64,000 nt of DNA, taken from positions 62,001-126,000 of the forward strand of contig MU008172.1 in assembly GCA_010909165.1 (NCBI GenBank), given 5' to 3'. Position numbers and translations under genes: made by a program. The notes under the pieces were generated by a model. It had not been told where the DNA came from and made no database searches. It worked only from the letters and a program-made list of their open reading frames with translations. This DNA comes from Anthoceros angustus. Taxonomy: Eukaryota; Plantae; Anthocerotophyta. Positions within the stretch are counted from its first letter, which is position 1. Each line of letters starts with the position of its first letter. Positions 46,980 to 59,605 of the stretch are shown here, piece after piece.

Positions 46980-49650
46980 CTTTCTAGACACACCAGACAT
47001 GGAGCAGGTCCAAGATGACGGCCTGGTTACGTGAAAGCAGTCTGCACATGAAGCAGGTGCTCAAGGAAACGTCAATCAACTTGCAGATGGTTTGATCACC
47101 ATCGCATTTGTGCACATCCGTGCCTAGCCGTTCTGGTTCTGGCTATGCTAGGACGTGCCTCCTTCACTCATTCCCACATATCGCTAAGGTTCATTATCAC
47201 GGAAATCTCGGACATAGGCAATTCTGGCCATCTGTTTCAAACTAAGTAAGTGGGGGCATCCTGACGGGAATCCTTGGCTGCCTCCTCACAGTTTCACTTA
47301 CAGAATTGCTGGACATGATCACAGAATTGCTGAACATAGACTAAGTTGAGAGCCCACATGGCTTTAAATTGGGAAAAGACATTTGTTGAACAATCCTCCA
47401 TAATTTGGAAGGCCTTACATGACACAACCACAGTCTTGCCAATCGCCAAATATGTTCAAGACTTCCAGTGAGCACAATTGTAACAGTTCAAGCCTCTGCT
47501 TACTCACGCTTGGGACGCAGGAGAGATGCAGGATAAAGCTTTACCGACCCTGCAGCTAGAGCTGTGCACGCATTGAGGAGGCCCCAATCCTCTTCACAAT
47601 TCCGCAGTTCCACAGGGGACGAGGACACCATGTGCTTGTGAAATAGGGAGTGAAGGACTAATTGATTTGGAGCGTGAAGGTTGTTGCGTCTCTGGCAGAC
47701 AATACGGCACTCCCTCCGGAGCTGCCATTGCCTCTATCGCATTGAAGGTCAGGAAAGCAGCCCGCCTTCACAATTCCCCAAGGAGCTGGTGTGATCTAGA
47801 CTGAGGCATCAGCCAAGGGGCAGTGCTCCGTCTCTGTTGGAGACGCAAGGGGTCTCGCCCAAGGACCGTCCGGAGCTCGTGTGGCTGGAACTCTTCGCAA
47901 ACCCCAGCCAATGGTGACACAACAGGTAGGATACGAGGGGTCCTAATTTGGGAACATCCATCCCTCTTCAAGTGCTTTGCCTCCGAAAATTCCAAATAGG
48001 ACCCTTGTTTTTACGATGTACCTCAGAACCCTGCATGCGTCCTCCATTATCTTGGCTCCAGCCCGGCATGGAGAGCCCACTCGGGCTGTCGTCCTCTGGA
48101 CAGGTTCGAAAAGCCCGTGTAAATCCATACTACCACCTCTTCACGGCGGCCTTCAAGGGTTGTCCCTGCACAGGACCTGGTTTTTAGGGTAGGGGGGCTA
48201 ATGGGGTCCTTGTTCCGCTCTCTGCTGGTTTCTGCTCTGCTGCGCTTTAAGCGGGTGAGGGTGCAGCGTCAGAGCGAAGCATGCGAGCTGGTTTGGGTCC
48301 ACCAAACCTGCTCGCATCGTTCGCCTACACACAGCTTGCACACTTCATCCAGGCCCTCATCCAACCTACAAATCGTTGAATGTAGAGTGGCAGGATTCGG
48401 GGTGGAAAGGACTGGGTCGTGAAGTCTCCGAAGCAGCGTTAGAGCGAAGCATGCGAGCCGGTTTGGGTCCATCAAACGAGCCCGCATTGTTTGCTTCAAC
48501 GCAGCTCGCACGCTTCATTCATGCCTTCTTCCAACCTACAATCGTTGCGTGTCCGACAGAATGTAGAGTGGCAGGATTCGGAGTGGATAAGATGGGTCTG
48601 TGTAAGCGTTGGAGCTGCCTGAGCAGCTTGTCTGCCACACAGAGGGGCGCCGCAGCCTCTTGTGGTGACAGATTCTGTGCACCTAACAATGGGAAAGTGG
48701 TGGGATGACAGGTGGAAGAGCGCGAGCCTGAGGCCGAGGCCCAACAAGCAGCCTGATGTACAGTAAGTGCGCAAGCTTGAATGATGCCCCCATGATGACA
48801 TCGCGATCCTAGGATATACTCGGGGAACTTGGGCTAAAGCCTTGGCTCTGTGTATTGTGCAAGTTTGCAACGTGAGCGCGTAGCTTCTGCTGATAAGTTA
48901 CCTTTGTGTGCCTTCCTCAGGCATGTGCCAGTGTGGGAGCCCTGCTGAAGGGAATACAGCTTCATCCAAGGCCTAATGAAAGGGACCTCGAAGCTAATTT
49001 GACAGTCGGAACTGCTAGCGCTTGTGTGCAAAAAGTGGAAGGTTGAAGCAGAACCGCCGAGGTGTGAGGAGTTGCCAACGAGAGATATGGCCACATGTAG
49101 TACCTTGCTCAACAGGTATGCGACACATGGCCAAGTCAACTGCCAACGCAGTGCTTTCAAGATGCTTGAACCAGGTATTCTGCCCTAGGAACTGTTGCAC
49201 TTGTAAATCATCCTTGTGATCTGAATTGCTTGCCAAACCTGTTGGGGATGTGAAGCAGGGAAGACGATGTTTGGGAATGTGGCCAAACTGGCTCCACTAC
49301 AGAGCCGGTTTGGTTATGGGCGAAGACAACGTTGTTTGAAGTGGATCAGTAGCTAGTCTTCTACCGGTGGTCCAGGGATCTGGTCCTCTGCATCTTGGTT
49401 TACATAACGCGGGCCGCTAGATGAGATCAGGGACTCTTTGCTTCCCGGAGCCAGTGAGTGTGAGAGCGCTGTTGAGGCAAGTGCCTCTGTGCAGGGTTGA
49501 TGGCAGGCAGTTGCATTTCGATATCTTTGATCCTGCTGGACGTGGTCACGATCGAAGGCACTGGCTTCAGGTAGCAATGAGTCTCCGATACCATCTGCGA
49601 CGTTGGTGATGCAAGTTAGCCTAAGTGACCATGTAACTCCTGCCTTGTAC
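46980..49650 (-). pseudogene. Scattered, heavily decayed PLS-PPR remnants (about 46980-47500 and 48770-49650)
   Basis: Short motif remnants only (TFLS..., GSLE, SILKA, RDVIMW). No sustained ORF. Confidence 0.35.
48271..48603. repeat. Direct repeat, about 170 bp x2
   Basis: agagcgaagcatgcgagc.ggtttgggtcca...ccaacctaca...aatgtagagtggcaggattcgg at 48271 and 48441. Confidence 0.75.
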
Positions 49651-50473
49651 ATACATCTTGCGAACGACGGTGGCAGTATTATTGTTTTGTGATAATCGCC
49701 GGCAATTTGGCGCCTTGATACTCCGTTAGGATCAAGGACATGACTTTGTTGACGTTATCCTGTGACGTTCTCCTAAAGTCTCTTCCCTCCTCACTTGTTG
49801 ACATACGCTGCTCGCTAAGCTGGGGGCACCGTCTCTTGATTGTATCATATAATTGTGTGGCTCGCCGTCAGGTAGGGAAGCTTCCCCGATTATCAACAAC
49901 CATGCGGCTGCTAGTTCAAACCACGACTACGTTCTTTTACTCAAAGGAAATTTGAGAAGCCAAACCGGGCTACGCACGAGGGCTGCTGAGGATGCCCTCA
50001 CGAAGAAGAGCGTCATATTCGAAAAAAACGTTCTTCGTCATTTTTTTCAGAAACATCCTCATCTGTCTTCGTCATTTTTTCTAGGAACATCCTCATCATC
50101 ATCCCATAGCAGACGGCTTCTCTTCAAAGGCCACTTCCCCCTGTTTGGTTGCACACTGCACACAATCCTCAACTCTGCACACCACCCTCAGAGAGGAAGG
50201 CGCTAACATGATGTGTTGTGTACTTCCACTTCAATTCAGAGAAACGTGCTGAAGTGATGTGCTGTGTATTTCCACTTCGATCTTCAATTCAGACTGCCGG
50301 TGCTCAAATACAGACATTTTGCTAAAATATATGGTACGCAAAGAATGTACGACCCAAATGCAGGCCCAAGGTCACCACGGAGTTTGGTTGCCTATCAACT
50401 TTTGCTCTACAGCCCGAGAGAGGCTTCTTGTCGCAAATCTACAAAGTACAACCAAGGCCCCTTCAGCAATGTG

Positions 50474-51658
50474 TCAAAGAAGGCCTGATGAGATCAAGGT
50501 TTGTCGAGTTAGAGTCTTATCAACCAGCGTAAAAGTCCTCTTCACAACCAAGCGGTCCAAAGCTGTAGTCCCGTAGATCTCGAACACCCTATTGATGTTC
50601 TTCTCATGATCTGTGTTCTTGATATACAGGTCTCTGAACTTACTCTTGACATACTCAAAAGCATGATCCACCTCAGCTTTTTGCTCCACTTCAGTGTTGC
50701 CAATTGCCAGTGGTTGGTAATCTTGGAACCAGTCACACGTGGTGAGAGGTACTTGTAGCACCTTCTTCTCAAATATGTCCAGCTTGTTTAGGAACACCAG
50801 GAAGGATGTCTTCGCAAACCACGGCTGCTTCAGCACCCACTCGAATAATTCCTTCGTCTCCATCATCCTGTTGACAGCCTCGTCCTCGAACAAGGTTTGA
50901 TCATATTCACTCAGAGCGGCACAGAAAATCACTGCTGTCACCCCATCAAACAGATGAATCCACTTCCTTCGCTCATTCCGTTGCCCACCCACATCTAGCA
51001 TTTTGTAAACCTCTCCTGAGGCAGCCTTCCTTTTGGGAGCGTCTGCAGGGGTGAACTCTGTTTCCACAATCCCCGTGGTCCGGACACGAGCATACAGAAC
51101 ATCGTCTGCTGTTGGGATGTATCCTGTCTCCGCCAAACGTTGAATGTTCCCCAGAAAGTAAGAAGCGCAATCAGGGAGCTGAAGTTCACTGGCCCTTTCA
51201 AAGGCTGCCTGAACAGCCGGGTCTATCCACAGCTTCTGAATGTCAGCAGCAATCTCTGGAGTAAGCAACGGTGCTGTATCGGATGCCAGAACACTGGACA
51301 GCCGGTCACTCAAAGCCTTGTTGTCCGGTTGCAAAACATACCGGATGCCGCCTTCACCTTCAAGTGCAAACTCTTGGCAGCCATCTAGAAGAATGCTGAT
51401 GGACTGATACACATTGGCAAACACGACGGAGGTGTAATTCTGGCGCTCCACATCGTCAAAGCCGGACTGGAACAAAACCTTAATCTGTTTGAAGATGGTA
51501 GATTTTCCTGATTCCCCAGCACCCAGCAGCAGAAGCTTGCGCACTCGCCTATCCCCTCTGCTCTCCTGAGCTATTCGCTGCTCTATTTGCTGAACTGCCG
51601 CTTCTTCCGCCGAATCCTCTAAAGACTGCTGCCCGCCTTTAGTACAGGCACTGCCCAT
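50474..51658 (-). CDS. GPA1: Canonical heterotrimeric G-protein alpha subunit, 394 aa, single exon
   Basis: MGSAC (myristoylation/palmitoylation), G1 GAGESGKS, G2 ARVRTTG, G3 DVGGQRNERRKW, G4 NKLD, G5 TTALD, C-terminal GLL. Confidence 0.94.
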   Translation of the reverse strand: MGSACTKGGQQSLEDSAEEAAVQQIEQRIAQESRGDRRVRKLLLLGAGESGKSTIFKQIKVLFQSGFDDVERQNYTSVVFANVYQSISILLDGCQEFALEGEGGIRYVLQPDNKALSDRLSSVLASDTAPLLTPEIAADIQKLWIDPAVQAAFERASELQLPDCASYFLGNIQRLAETGYIPTADDVLYARVRTTGIVETEFTPADAPKRKAASGEVYKMLDVGGQRNERRKWIHLFDGVTAVIFCAALSEYDQTLFEDEAVNRMMETKELFEWVLKQPWFAKTSFLVFLNKLDIFEKKVLQVPLTTCDWFQDYQPLAIGNTEVEQKAEVDHAFEYVKSKFRDLYIKNTDHEKNINRVFEIYGTTALDRLVVKRTFTLVDKTLTRQTLISSGLL

Positions 51659-52441
51659 TCCTCCACCCGCAATCCAGAGCACCGGGTAAGAGGTCACAAT
51701 ACCAGGACTGATCCAGACTCCAGAAAAGAGTTCAATTCTTTGCTTCCACCCTGTCGGCGGCTAGCATGAACAAGGAGGAGATCTTTGCGCTCGCATGTCC
51801 CCAGCAGAAACCAGACGCCGATGAGAAAATTGGGACAAAAAACCCCGGCGGCAACCAGCTATCTGCTCACCAACCTGCACGCAAAACTTCACGATGCGCC
51901 ACTCGGGGGACCGAGTTATAGCGCTTCCCCAGTGCCCATATCCAGGAACACGCTTCCATCACTGTACAACCTGGTCCACGCTGGTCACATCCCTTCTCTC
52001 AGGTTTGCCGATATTTGCTTCGCCTCTACGACTCATGGGTTACTGCCCGGAATGAGACTGCCGTCAACCGTGACGAGCACTGGTCAAAAATTGTGTGGGC
52101 AAATTCGCACGAAATAAAAAACTGTTGGGCACAGACAGTACACTCCCCACACGAAGGCCCGACGTATGTCTGGAAGGTAGACACCTGTCGTGTCTCCTGG
52201 GAAAGATCCAGGACCTGCAGCCGGCGAGGTCCACGTAAAGTCGAGTCCTCCTGCTGAGCACCTCTGGATGCTACAACAGCGAATAAGGCCCAGGGATGCC
52301 CCCTGTGATTCTTTGACCCTCCTGTTACAAGGTATTGCCGACTGACCACAAGCCCGTTGTTACATCATGCTCACGGAACTAAGGGGTGACGGAAAGACTG
52401 CACTATTGTTGACATGATGCAGTTGAGTGAATAATCCTAGT

Positions 52442-53560
52442 CTATACAGGCACGCTTTGCTGAGCAGAAGAAGCTCCCTTGGCTGCTCAGCTTTGGTAGT
52501 ACTCCACCAAGACCTTCCAGCCCCCCGGGAAATGAATCCATCGGGGAGACTCTCCCCAGACAGAGAAAAATTTCGCATCTGATTATGAAGACAGAAGAGG
52601 GATTAGCAACTCCGACATTCACTACAAACTCCACTACTGGCTGCAGAACGAAGGAGCGAGAAGTAGAGGCTTTACCCTGGTTCCAGATATGAAAAGAAAG
52701 TCTTGAGCTCTGGAGGGGTCAAAAAATGCCATCTGGCTTTTAGTCTTGTCGTAAGCAGCCACCTGCGAAGGAACAAAGGGTGGTGGGGAGTTTAGGGGAC
52801 AAGGAGGGAGGCAGGGACTGTAGTCCATGGTGAAGGGCGGTCAACATACCCTGAACGGAAGAATATTGAGCCTTTCCAGACCAGGAGCCATGCTGAGAAC
52901 CATCTTGCCATGGTCGGGATCATCCAGATCCCTCCTCTCAGTAGGATAGCCCATTGCAGCTGGGTCCCGACCCACAATGTAAAAGTCGGCTCCGGGCGTT
53001 GATGAGGGCTTTCGCATGCCAATGGACTTCAGTCGGTCCTGCATCGTGTATGGGGGAGGGGAATATTGCCACAACAGTGATCTCGGGTCTAGAATCCCCT
53101 CTGCCAGGACCAGAAAGAACAACATGTAAGCCCAGGCATCCAGTTGCTGAAACTCAGAAGACAGCAGAAGAAGTCGGGTGAGAAGCCAGAACCTGGTCAA
53201 GCTGCTTCATGCGCCAGTCCAAGGGCACATCGTCTTCTTTGGTGTAGCCACCCAGAAGGCGCAGCAGCAGAACAGGGTTCTTGAACCCCTTGTCCAGCAG
53301 CCTCTTCCGGGTATCGGTCATGAGCAGGGCATGGCCCCCGGTTCCTGAGCTAGAAGGCAAACACCGCATCCGCCTTCCGCCTCTCAAACTCGGCATGCAG
53401 CTCCGCAGGAGAGAGCCTGAAGTGGTCCAGCCCATCATTATACCTGACCCGCTCCAGCACCTCCAGATCCCCTCCCACAAGCCAGCTCCCGGCATTCGTG
53501 ATAGCCTCCTCCACGTACGGCAGCCCGGAAGCCGTGCACCCCTTGGTGCGGACCTCGGTG
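52442..53560 (-). pseudogene. APS: ATP sulfurylase pseudogene (copy A)
   Basis: AVFAF*LRN has a TAG in place of Q, the HxGH motif is partly deleted, HPLGG has become RLLGG, and two downstream exons are frameshifted relative to the copy at 63129-64000. Confidence 0.88.
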
Positions 53561-53676
53561 CTGCAACAACACACAACAACAAACCCGTGATGTCTCAGAG
53601 CAGCCGAGCCAGGCACAACCCACCAACATAGCCAGGTGAGTACTCGCGCAACGCGCAATACAACACAGAGAAGGGC

Positions 53677-54282
53677 TTACTTGCGCAGAGCATTGTGGCT
53701 AGCTGACTGTCGAAGGACCGAATTGCGGAGAATGGCAACTCGGTTCTGGAAGGCTGGTTCAGAAGCCCCCAGTTTGTCATTCGGCCTTTCCACCTCGAGT
53801 CTGTCAGTCTTCCCTTTCAGATCCTCGATTCGAGTTGGCATGCTTCCTAGGCTCGTCCAAATTAGCTTGTAAGCTGGTTGAATGACCCAGTCTCGTCCTG
53901 AATCGCCCTGCACAAGATAATCTGTCCTCAAGCTCCGATTCAACCCTAAAATCATAACCCACCTTGCAATTATCTCATCAGCCCTGTAGTCATCGACAGC
54001 CTCAAACATTTCCTGTGCTTTTGCTAGCCGAACGATGGCACCATCAGTTGCCTTTTCCACAGCCATATTCGTAGCAGTCATCCGAGAGCTTGCCACCTCC
54101 CATGCAGTTCTTGTGGAACCGGACACTGCACAGTGTAAGTCCTCAGGTCCTCCCCCAGAAGTGTCTGAGCACCAGATCAGCTTCTGCTTAGGCAACGGGG
54201 GAGTAGACCTGGCAGACGAGAGAGAGACACACTCTGCGGAGGCACAAGGCTGACAGCTGCAGCAGAAGCTGAAAGAAGCCAT
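53677..54282 (-). other. Unassigned 201-aa ORF sitting where the 5' exon of the APS pseudogene should be
   Basis: Open frame from ATG 54282 (MASFSFCC). It ends on a donor-like CGCAA|GTAAG. No family recognised. Confidence 0.35.
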
Positions 54283-55267
54283 GCTGTTTGGCGGGCAAGC
54301 CTTAGTGAGGATGCCCGCTGCAAAGAGGCCTCCTGACCTCAAACACCAAACCTCAAAACGCTTCAAGCTACAAGCTGCAACCCTACACCTTCCTATCCTC
54401 TCCCTGCATCTGCCGGGTTCGGCCGCTACCGAGCTCCAGGAGATTTCGACTACACCGGCAAGCCAGAAACCCCGCACCCCGTACCAAACCCCGCCGTGTG
54501 TCGCTGGGCTTCCCTTCCTTGCTTGCTGCTCGGACACCTCACGGTAAGTAACGCTGGAGAGAATTTCACTTCCCTGCGGCTGGACTTCGAAGGGGCATCC
54601 GAGAAAGATTCAAAACCAGGTGCGCATGCTGGTGGAGAGGTCGCTGATGAAGAGCAGGACTATCCTTCCTTCTTCATCTCCTTCACACTTTCCCAGCTCT
54701 GCCTTCCTCGGTCATCTGCTCCGCACGTTTCCAGCTCTCCCTTGCTCCTTCATCTTTAACTGTGAGAGCTTTCCTCCTTCCCAATCACAGGCTGCCATCC
54801 TTCCCAGTCACAGGCTGGGAGGCACATCGAGCAACATGCGAGTCACAGCAAGAGGGAGCCGAAGTCGCCCCAGCAGTACCAACGGAGCGGGTCTTCACCT
54901 CGTGCAAGGGAGGAGCCCTCGGCATCGCAGGCGGTGGCCCTATTACGGGCTTTGGAGGAAGCATAGCGGCATCTTGAATAACGGAGGCACTTCCTTGGCA
55001 TCGCAGGACGGAGCAGCTAGCGGGGCGGGATGGCTCCGGCGATCACGGCGTCGCAGGCCGTTTCTGGCGCTAACGCTGGCTTCGGAAGCTGGGAGTTCGT
55101 CGCAGAGGCTTGAGGCTATGACAGGCACGTGGACCTGCTCTCCACGCAAGAGCAAACTTGTGGATACCAGAGGCTTTCCATGAGGCTTTCCATGAGGCTG
55201 GACGGCTTGCGTCGGCTTGAAACAGCATAGGCTAGTGGGCGTTGGCATCTCCACAGTCAGTGGTACA

Positions 55268-56070
55268 GTTGATCTCCACACTTGATCTCCACACTTGATC
55301 TCCACACTTGATCTCCGAAGTTGATGTCCAAAGTTGATGTCCACATTTGATCTTGTCATAACTCAAAAAGAAATAAAACTTTCATGAGGGAAAAAAATTG
55401 ATGGGAGATGCCCATCCAGGGCATCTCCCATCAAGGGGCGGACCTCGAGGTCGAGGTGAAAAAGAAGCAACAAAGCTCTCAACCGAAAGTGTCTAGGTGA
55501 AAAGAAGCAACAAAGCTCTCAACCGAAAGTGTCGAGGTGAAAAGAAGCAACAAAGCTCTCGACGAAGTGTCGAGGTGAAAAGAAGCAACAAAGCTCATGA
55601 AAAGAAGCAACAAACCTCTCAACCAAAAGTGTGTCGAGGTGAAAAGAAGCAACAAAGCTCATGAAAAGAAGCAACAAACCTCTCAACCAAAAGTGTGTCG
55701 AGGTGAAAAGAAGCAACAAAGCTCATGAAAAGAAGCAACAAACCTCTCAACCAAAAGTTAACGACTGACTGTGCGATGTCATACGCACGAAAAGAAAACG
55801 GCCTACAAACTACAGAGGTAGAGAAGGATGTGTCACCTGCTATTGCGATGTCATACGCAGGAAGAGAAAACGGCCTATAAATTACAGAGGTAGAGAAGGA
55901 TGCGTCACCTACTATCGCTACTTTGTGGATGGTCGGCTGCCAGCTTAGAGAAGGCCTGTTAAAGAGCAATTGACACTCGCTATCTAAAGAATGGCATAAA
56001 ATAAGAGTTAGAGAAGGCCCGTTGAAGAGCAATTGACACTCGCTATCTAAAGAATGCCATAAAATAAGAG
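55268..56070. repeat. Cluster of tandem repeats (13-bp, about 38-bp, 64-bp x3, about 78-bp x2, about 63-bp x2) at the edge of an AT-rich, probably TE-derived block (to about 58560)
   Basis: (TTGATCTCCACAC)n and GTCGAGGTGAAAAGAAGCAACAAAGCTC units. The 64-bp period is visible at 55569, 55633 and 55697. Confidence 0.8.
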
Positions 56071-58570
56071 AAGGACAGCCCCACACCATACTTTACAGTA
56101 AATCAAAGAAGTCATTCTTTTGCAATGTCTCAATAATTAGATAAAGTTGATGGCTTAAATGGTGTCTATTACATACTAATTTAATAATTTTAAGGAATAA
56201 TTTGGGGTGTAACCATGGTTTGATGACCACTTATGCTTGAAACAACCGGCTCCAAGAATGTATATGGGTATCTTTTGATTTTTTATTTTACCTATATATA
56301 TGTAGTAGAAAGACATGAATTTTTGAGTGAACACCATTTTTAAAAGAGCTTAATTTATTGATGTAATTTATTTTCCAAAATTAATATTACTATATATAGA
56401 TCAAAATATAAGAAAATAAAGGACAAAAGAATGGAAATTCATTTTAGTGGCATCGGATCATGCAGAAACTTGGACGTGGAGCCACTTTACGAGATGTGGG
56501 CACTTTGCAGAATGAGTTCAGTCCACTTTACGAGACATGTGCACTTTGCAGAATGAGTTACTGAAAAGAACAGCATGTGAAGAGAGAACAACAAGTTATT
56601 ATAATTGACTTGAAATATGAAACATACAAAAACTTTGTGATTATTCAAGTTTTTGAAGACCATAATGTTGACTTAGATTCACATTGAGCTTAATTGTTAA
56701 CTATGTTATTGAGAAGTAGTAACAAGGAATTATAGAATTGAATATTTTTTTGAAACTTATTGTGTGATTATTGTGTTTAGAACCAATTAGCATGCACAAT
56801 TTTCATGTTTTGTAATCCATATGCAAAATAATAGGATTGGGCTTATCAATTGAATTATGTCTTCTTAGCTGTGATGTTTTGAATTTTTTATTTGTTAATT
56901 TATATCAAAATTGAATTCATTAGAAAACAACTTAGAATGTAGTTGGATTAGTTTAAGATTTCTTACTTTGTTGGATTAGCAGAACGCTTCTAACTTTCAA
57001 AAGAATGCTTGTTTTGTTTGTCCTAGACATAATTTCATGAATGAAGATAATAAAGGTGCACGTACACATGAAGCAGAATTCTTCATTGCATTGGGTCTTA
57101 TGTTTAGCCGAATCTATGTTCAGTGGAAAAATAAGATATATTTCAAGAAACATGCAATTAGAAAGAGATTATGATAGATTAGCAATTCTAGTCAAATCCA
57201 ACAAAGATAGTTGATACTCAATTAGTGCAGTTGTTTAGGGTTTTTCGTTTATGGAATGAAAATAATTAGATTGTATAGCTATAGCTGAATTGAAAATAGG
57301 TAAAGAACAATTTGACAAATTCAAAACTATTAGCATAGATGAAGCTCAATTGCTCATTTCTTTCCTGATTTGTTAAAATTTTGTGAAGAAACAGGCAACA
57401 GAGGAAATAAAATTGTAGTAGTAGGGCTAGATAGAGATGACTATAGAATAGCATTTGACAAATGTTAGAATTGATTTAATTACTTTGGAAGATCGGCTTG
57501 TAGACCTAGAAAATCCAGTGCTACTCGTCCAACTTAAGCTACATCACATTTAGAATTAGCTATATTCAAAGATGACTTGTGGCTGAGCTTATCAAGCTCT
57601 TATTCGCTTAGTGTTCCATTCCATAACCTAAAACCTAGTACTCACAGGGGACTCGTGGCTGAGCTTATCAAGCCCTAATTTGCTTAGGGTTGCATTCCAT
57701 AATCTATGACCTAGTACTCACAGGTAAATGACCATATGTGAAATGTTGTAGCATACAAAGAACAGACATTTTGCAACTGCCTTAACAGTTGTATTGAACC
57801 GTGTTATGGTATGGTTGTTGATGTCCTATGTTTATTGAACTCGGTTTTGGTGTCGTGTAGCTACATGAATTTAGTTGTGTCATGTGCTCTCAGGCCTAGT
57901 TTTGGCGGTTTTACATCTTGAAAGAGAGCTAGATTCCACAATGCATTTATACACTTGAAAATATGGGTTTGAAAAGGTACTTACTTTCTTCATTCAGCAT
58001 ATATAACACAACGCATTCACGTGTCAGTGAACTCTAGTCTTAGAGTACGTCCTTGATCACAACATTTCTCATACCACACAACTCGTGTTATGGCATGTAC
58101 ATTTGATGCCTTATACATATGCCTTGCAATTATACTTCATAAAATTTTTGTTTATGATTTTTGCTTGTGGAGTATCTACCCATTTATTTTTCCAGGAGAT
58201 CTCACTCCATAAGTATGCACACTTTGAATCTCATATCTTAGTACTTAGTAGAAGGGGGAAAGAGCAAGCAAAGCTTACACCAGCGCACGTAAATTTCAAA
58301 GGCATGTGGAGCAATGAGGTAGCCCGCGAACACTCACCTCAAAAGTACCCACCACATGAAAAATTTCGTGGTCGGGATAAGAAAAGGCCTACCTACCACC
58401 AAGACCGTTTTTTGTTCCGTGCTATTTGAGGTTCTACTTTCAGTTTCTTAGCCTTTCGAGTCAATCTCATATTGAGGACTCTTTTGTACAATTTTGCACT
58501 TGAATTCTGTAAAAAAAATAAGAAACCCATGGTGGCACGGTGGGAAGTTTAAATCTCACGAGCTCATCTA

Positions 58571-59080
58571 CAGTCCACCCCCCTAATTGGGACTGGTTCG
58601 GAGTGCCTTTATAGAGGTCCCATTAAGGGAGGTGTCCCGATTATATTTTCCCTATTTTAAAAATTAAAAAAAAAATCAAAAAATACCCAAAAAAAGAAAA
58701 TTTAAATTTTGATTGATAGGTTTCACTAAAAATAACTTTTACCACTTCTCTATATAGTTGTCTGAAAGCTAGCACTCTCTCTAAGCAGCATTAAAAAACC
58801 TCTACCCATCATAAAGGAAAAAGCTTAGCTTAAGAGTCTTCAATCACACCTAAAAGTCTATTGAACTTTGAAATAATCGATTTTTTTTAATTTTTATTAC
58901 AAAATTTAAAATTCCCATTTAGGGAGGTGAAACTAACATGAATGTATGTTTCAAAAGGTCCCAATTACCATTTAGGGAAAAGTCACATTTTTTATATTGT
59001 AAACTAAAGGGAGTAGGATGGGAGGTCCCATTTTGAGAGGAATCCCATTTATAGAGTTCCCAATTAGGGGGGGGCGACTG
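58571..59080. mobile_element. MITE, Tc1/mariner-pogo-like (copy 1)
   Basis: TA|CAGTCCACCCCCCTAATTGGGA ... TCCCAATTAGGGGGGGGCGACTG|TA. Confidence 0.85.
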
Positions 59081-59605
59081 TATGTATGTAACTTGCAAGT
59101 AATCACCACATTTTAGCTTCCTCCTAGAAAAGTACGAGTCAAACCCTCTAATTGAGAACCATGGGAGTAGGCCTAAGCCTCCCATTTACATGGGTTCCCA
59201 ATTAGGCATTTTCATATATATCTAGGTTTCATGACGGCAGCCGTAATATGTACTAAGATGTGTGATGCTGTCTGGCCGCACGCCATCCTCTTTCATTCAC
59301 TCGAGTAGTGTTTACACGGACTGTTTATTGATTAAAAAATACTTTTCACTTCATCACAACGACATAGCGCGTCGGCGAACACCGACCCGTCTTCGAACTT
59401 TCGAAGTCCTCGCGAACACCGGCCCGTGATGCCGGGTTCCCATGACCAAGTATCTCGGGCAGCCCGGATCGGGCCCGCTGTGGATCGAGGGACGGAGGCC
59501 CAAGTTAAAAACCCTGACACCCTGACACCCTGACACCCTGACACCCTCCGTCCGTCGCCCGCTATACACGGGCTTGCCGACGGACGGACAGTACACTAAA
59601 CAGTA

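Noticed and set aside
50464-51686. Galpha as a classical L1-type retrocopy inserted at an empty site
   Set aside because: No poly(A) tail or TSD at the boundaries. Kept only as an alternative model in the findings.
53350-53352. TAG in APS copy A repaired by U-to-C editing
   Set aside because: Such editing is organellar, and this copy also has a deleted catalytic motif and frameshifts.
55450-55760. CRISPR-like array of GAAAAGAAGCAACAAA units
   Set aside because: The intervening sequences are themselves repeated rather than unique spacers, there are no cas genes, and the context is eukaryotic. It is a minisatellite.
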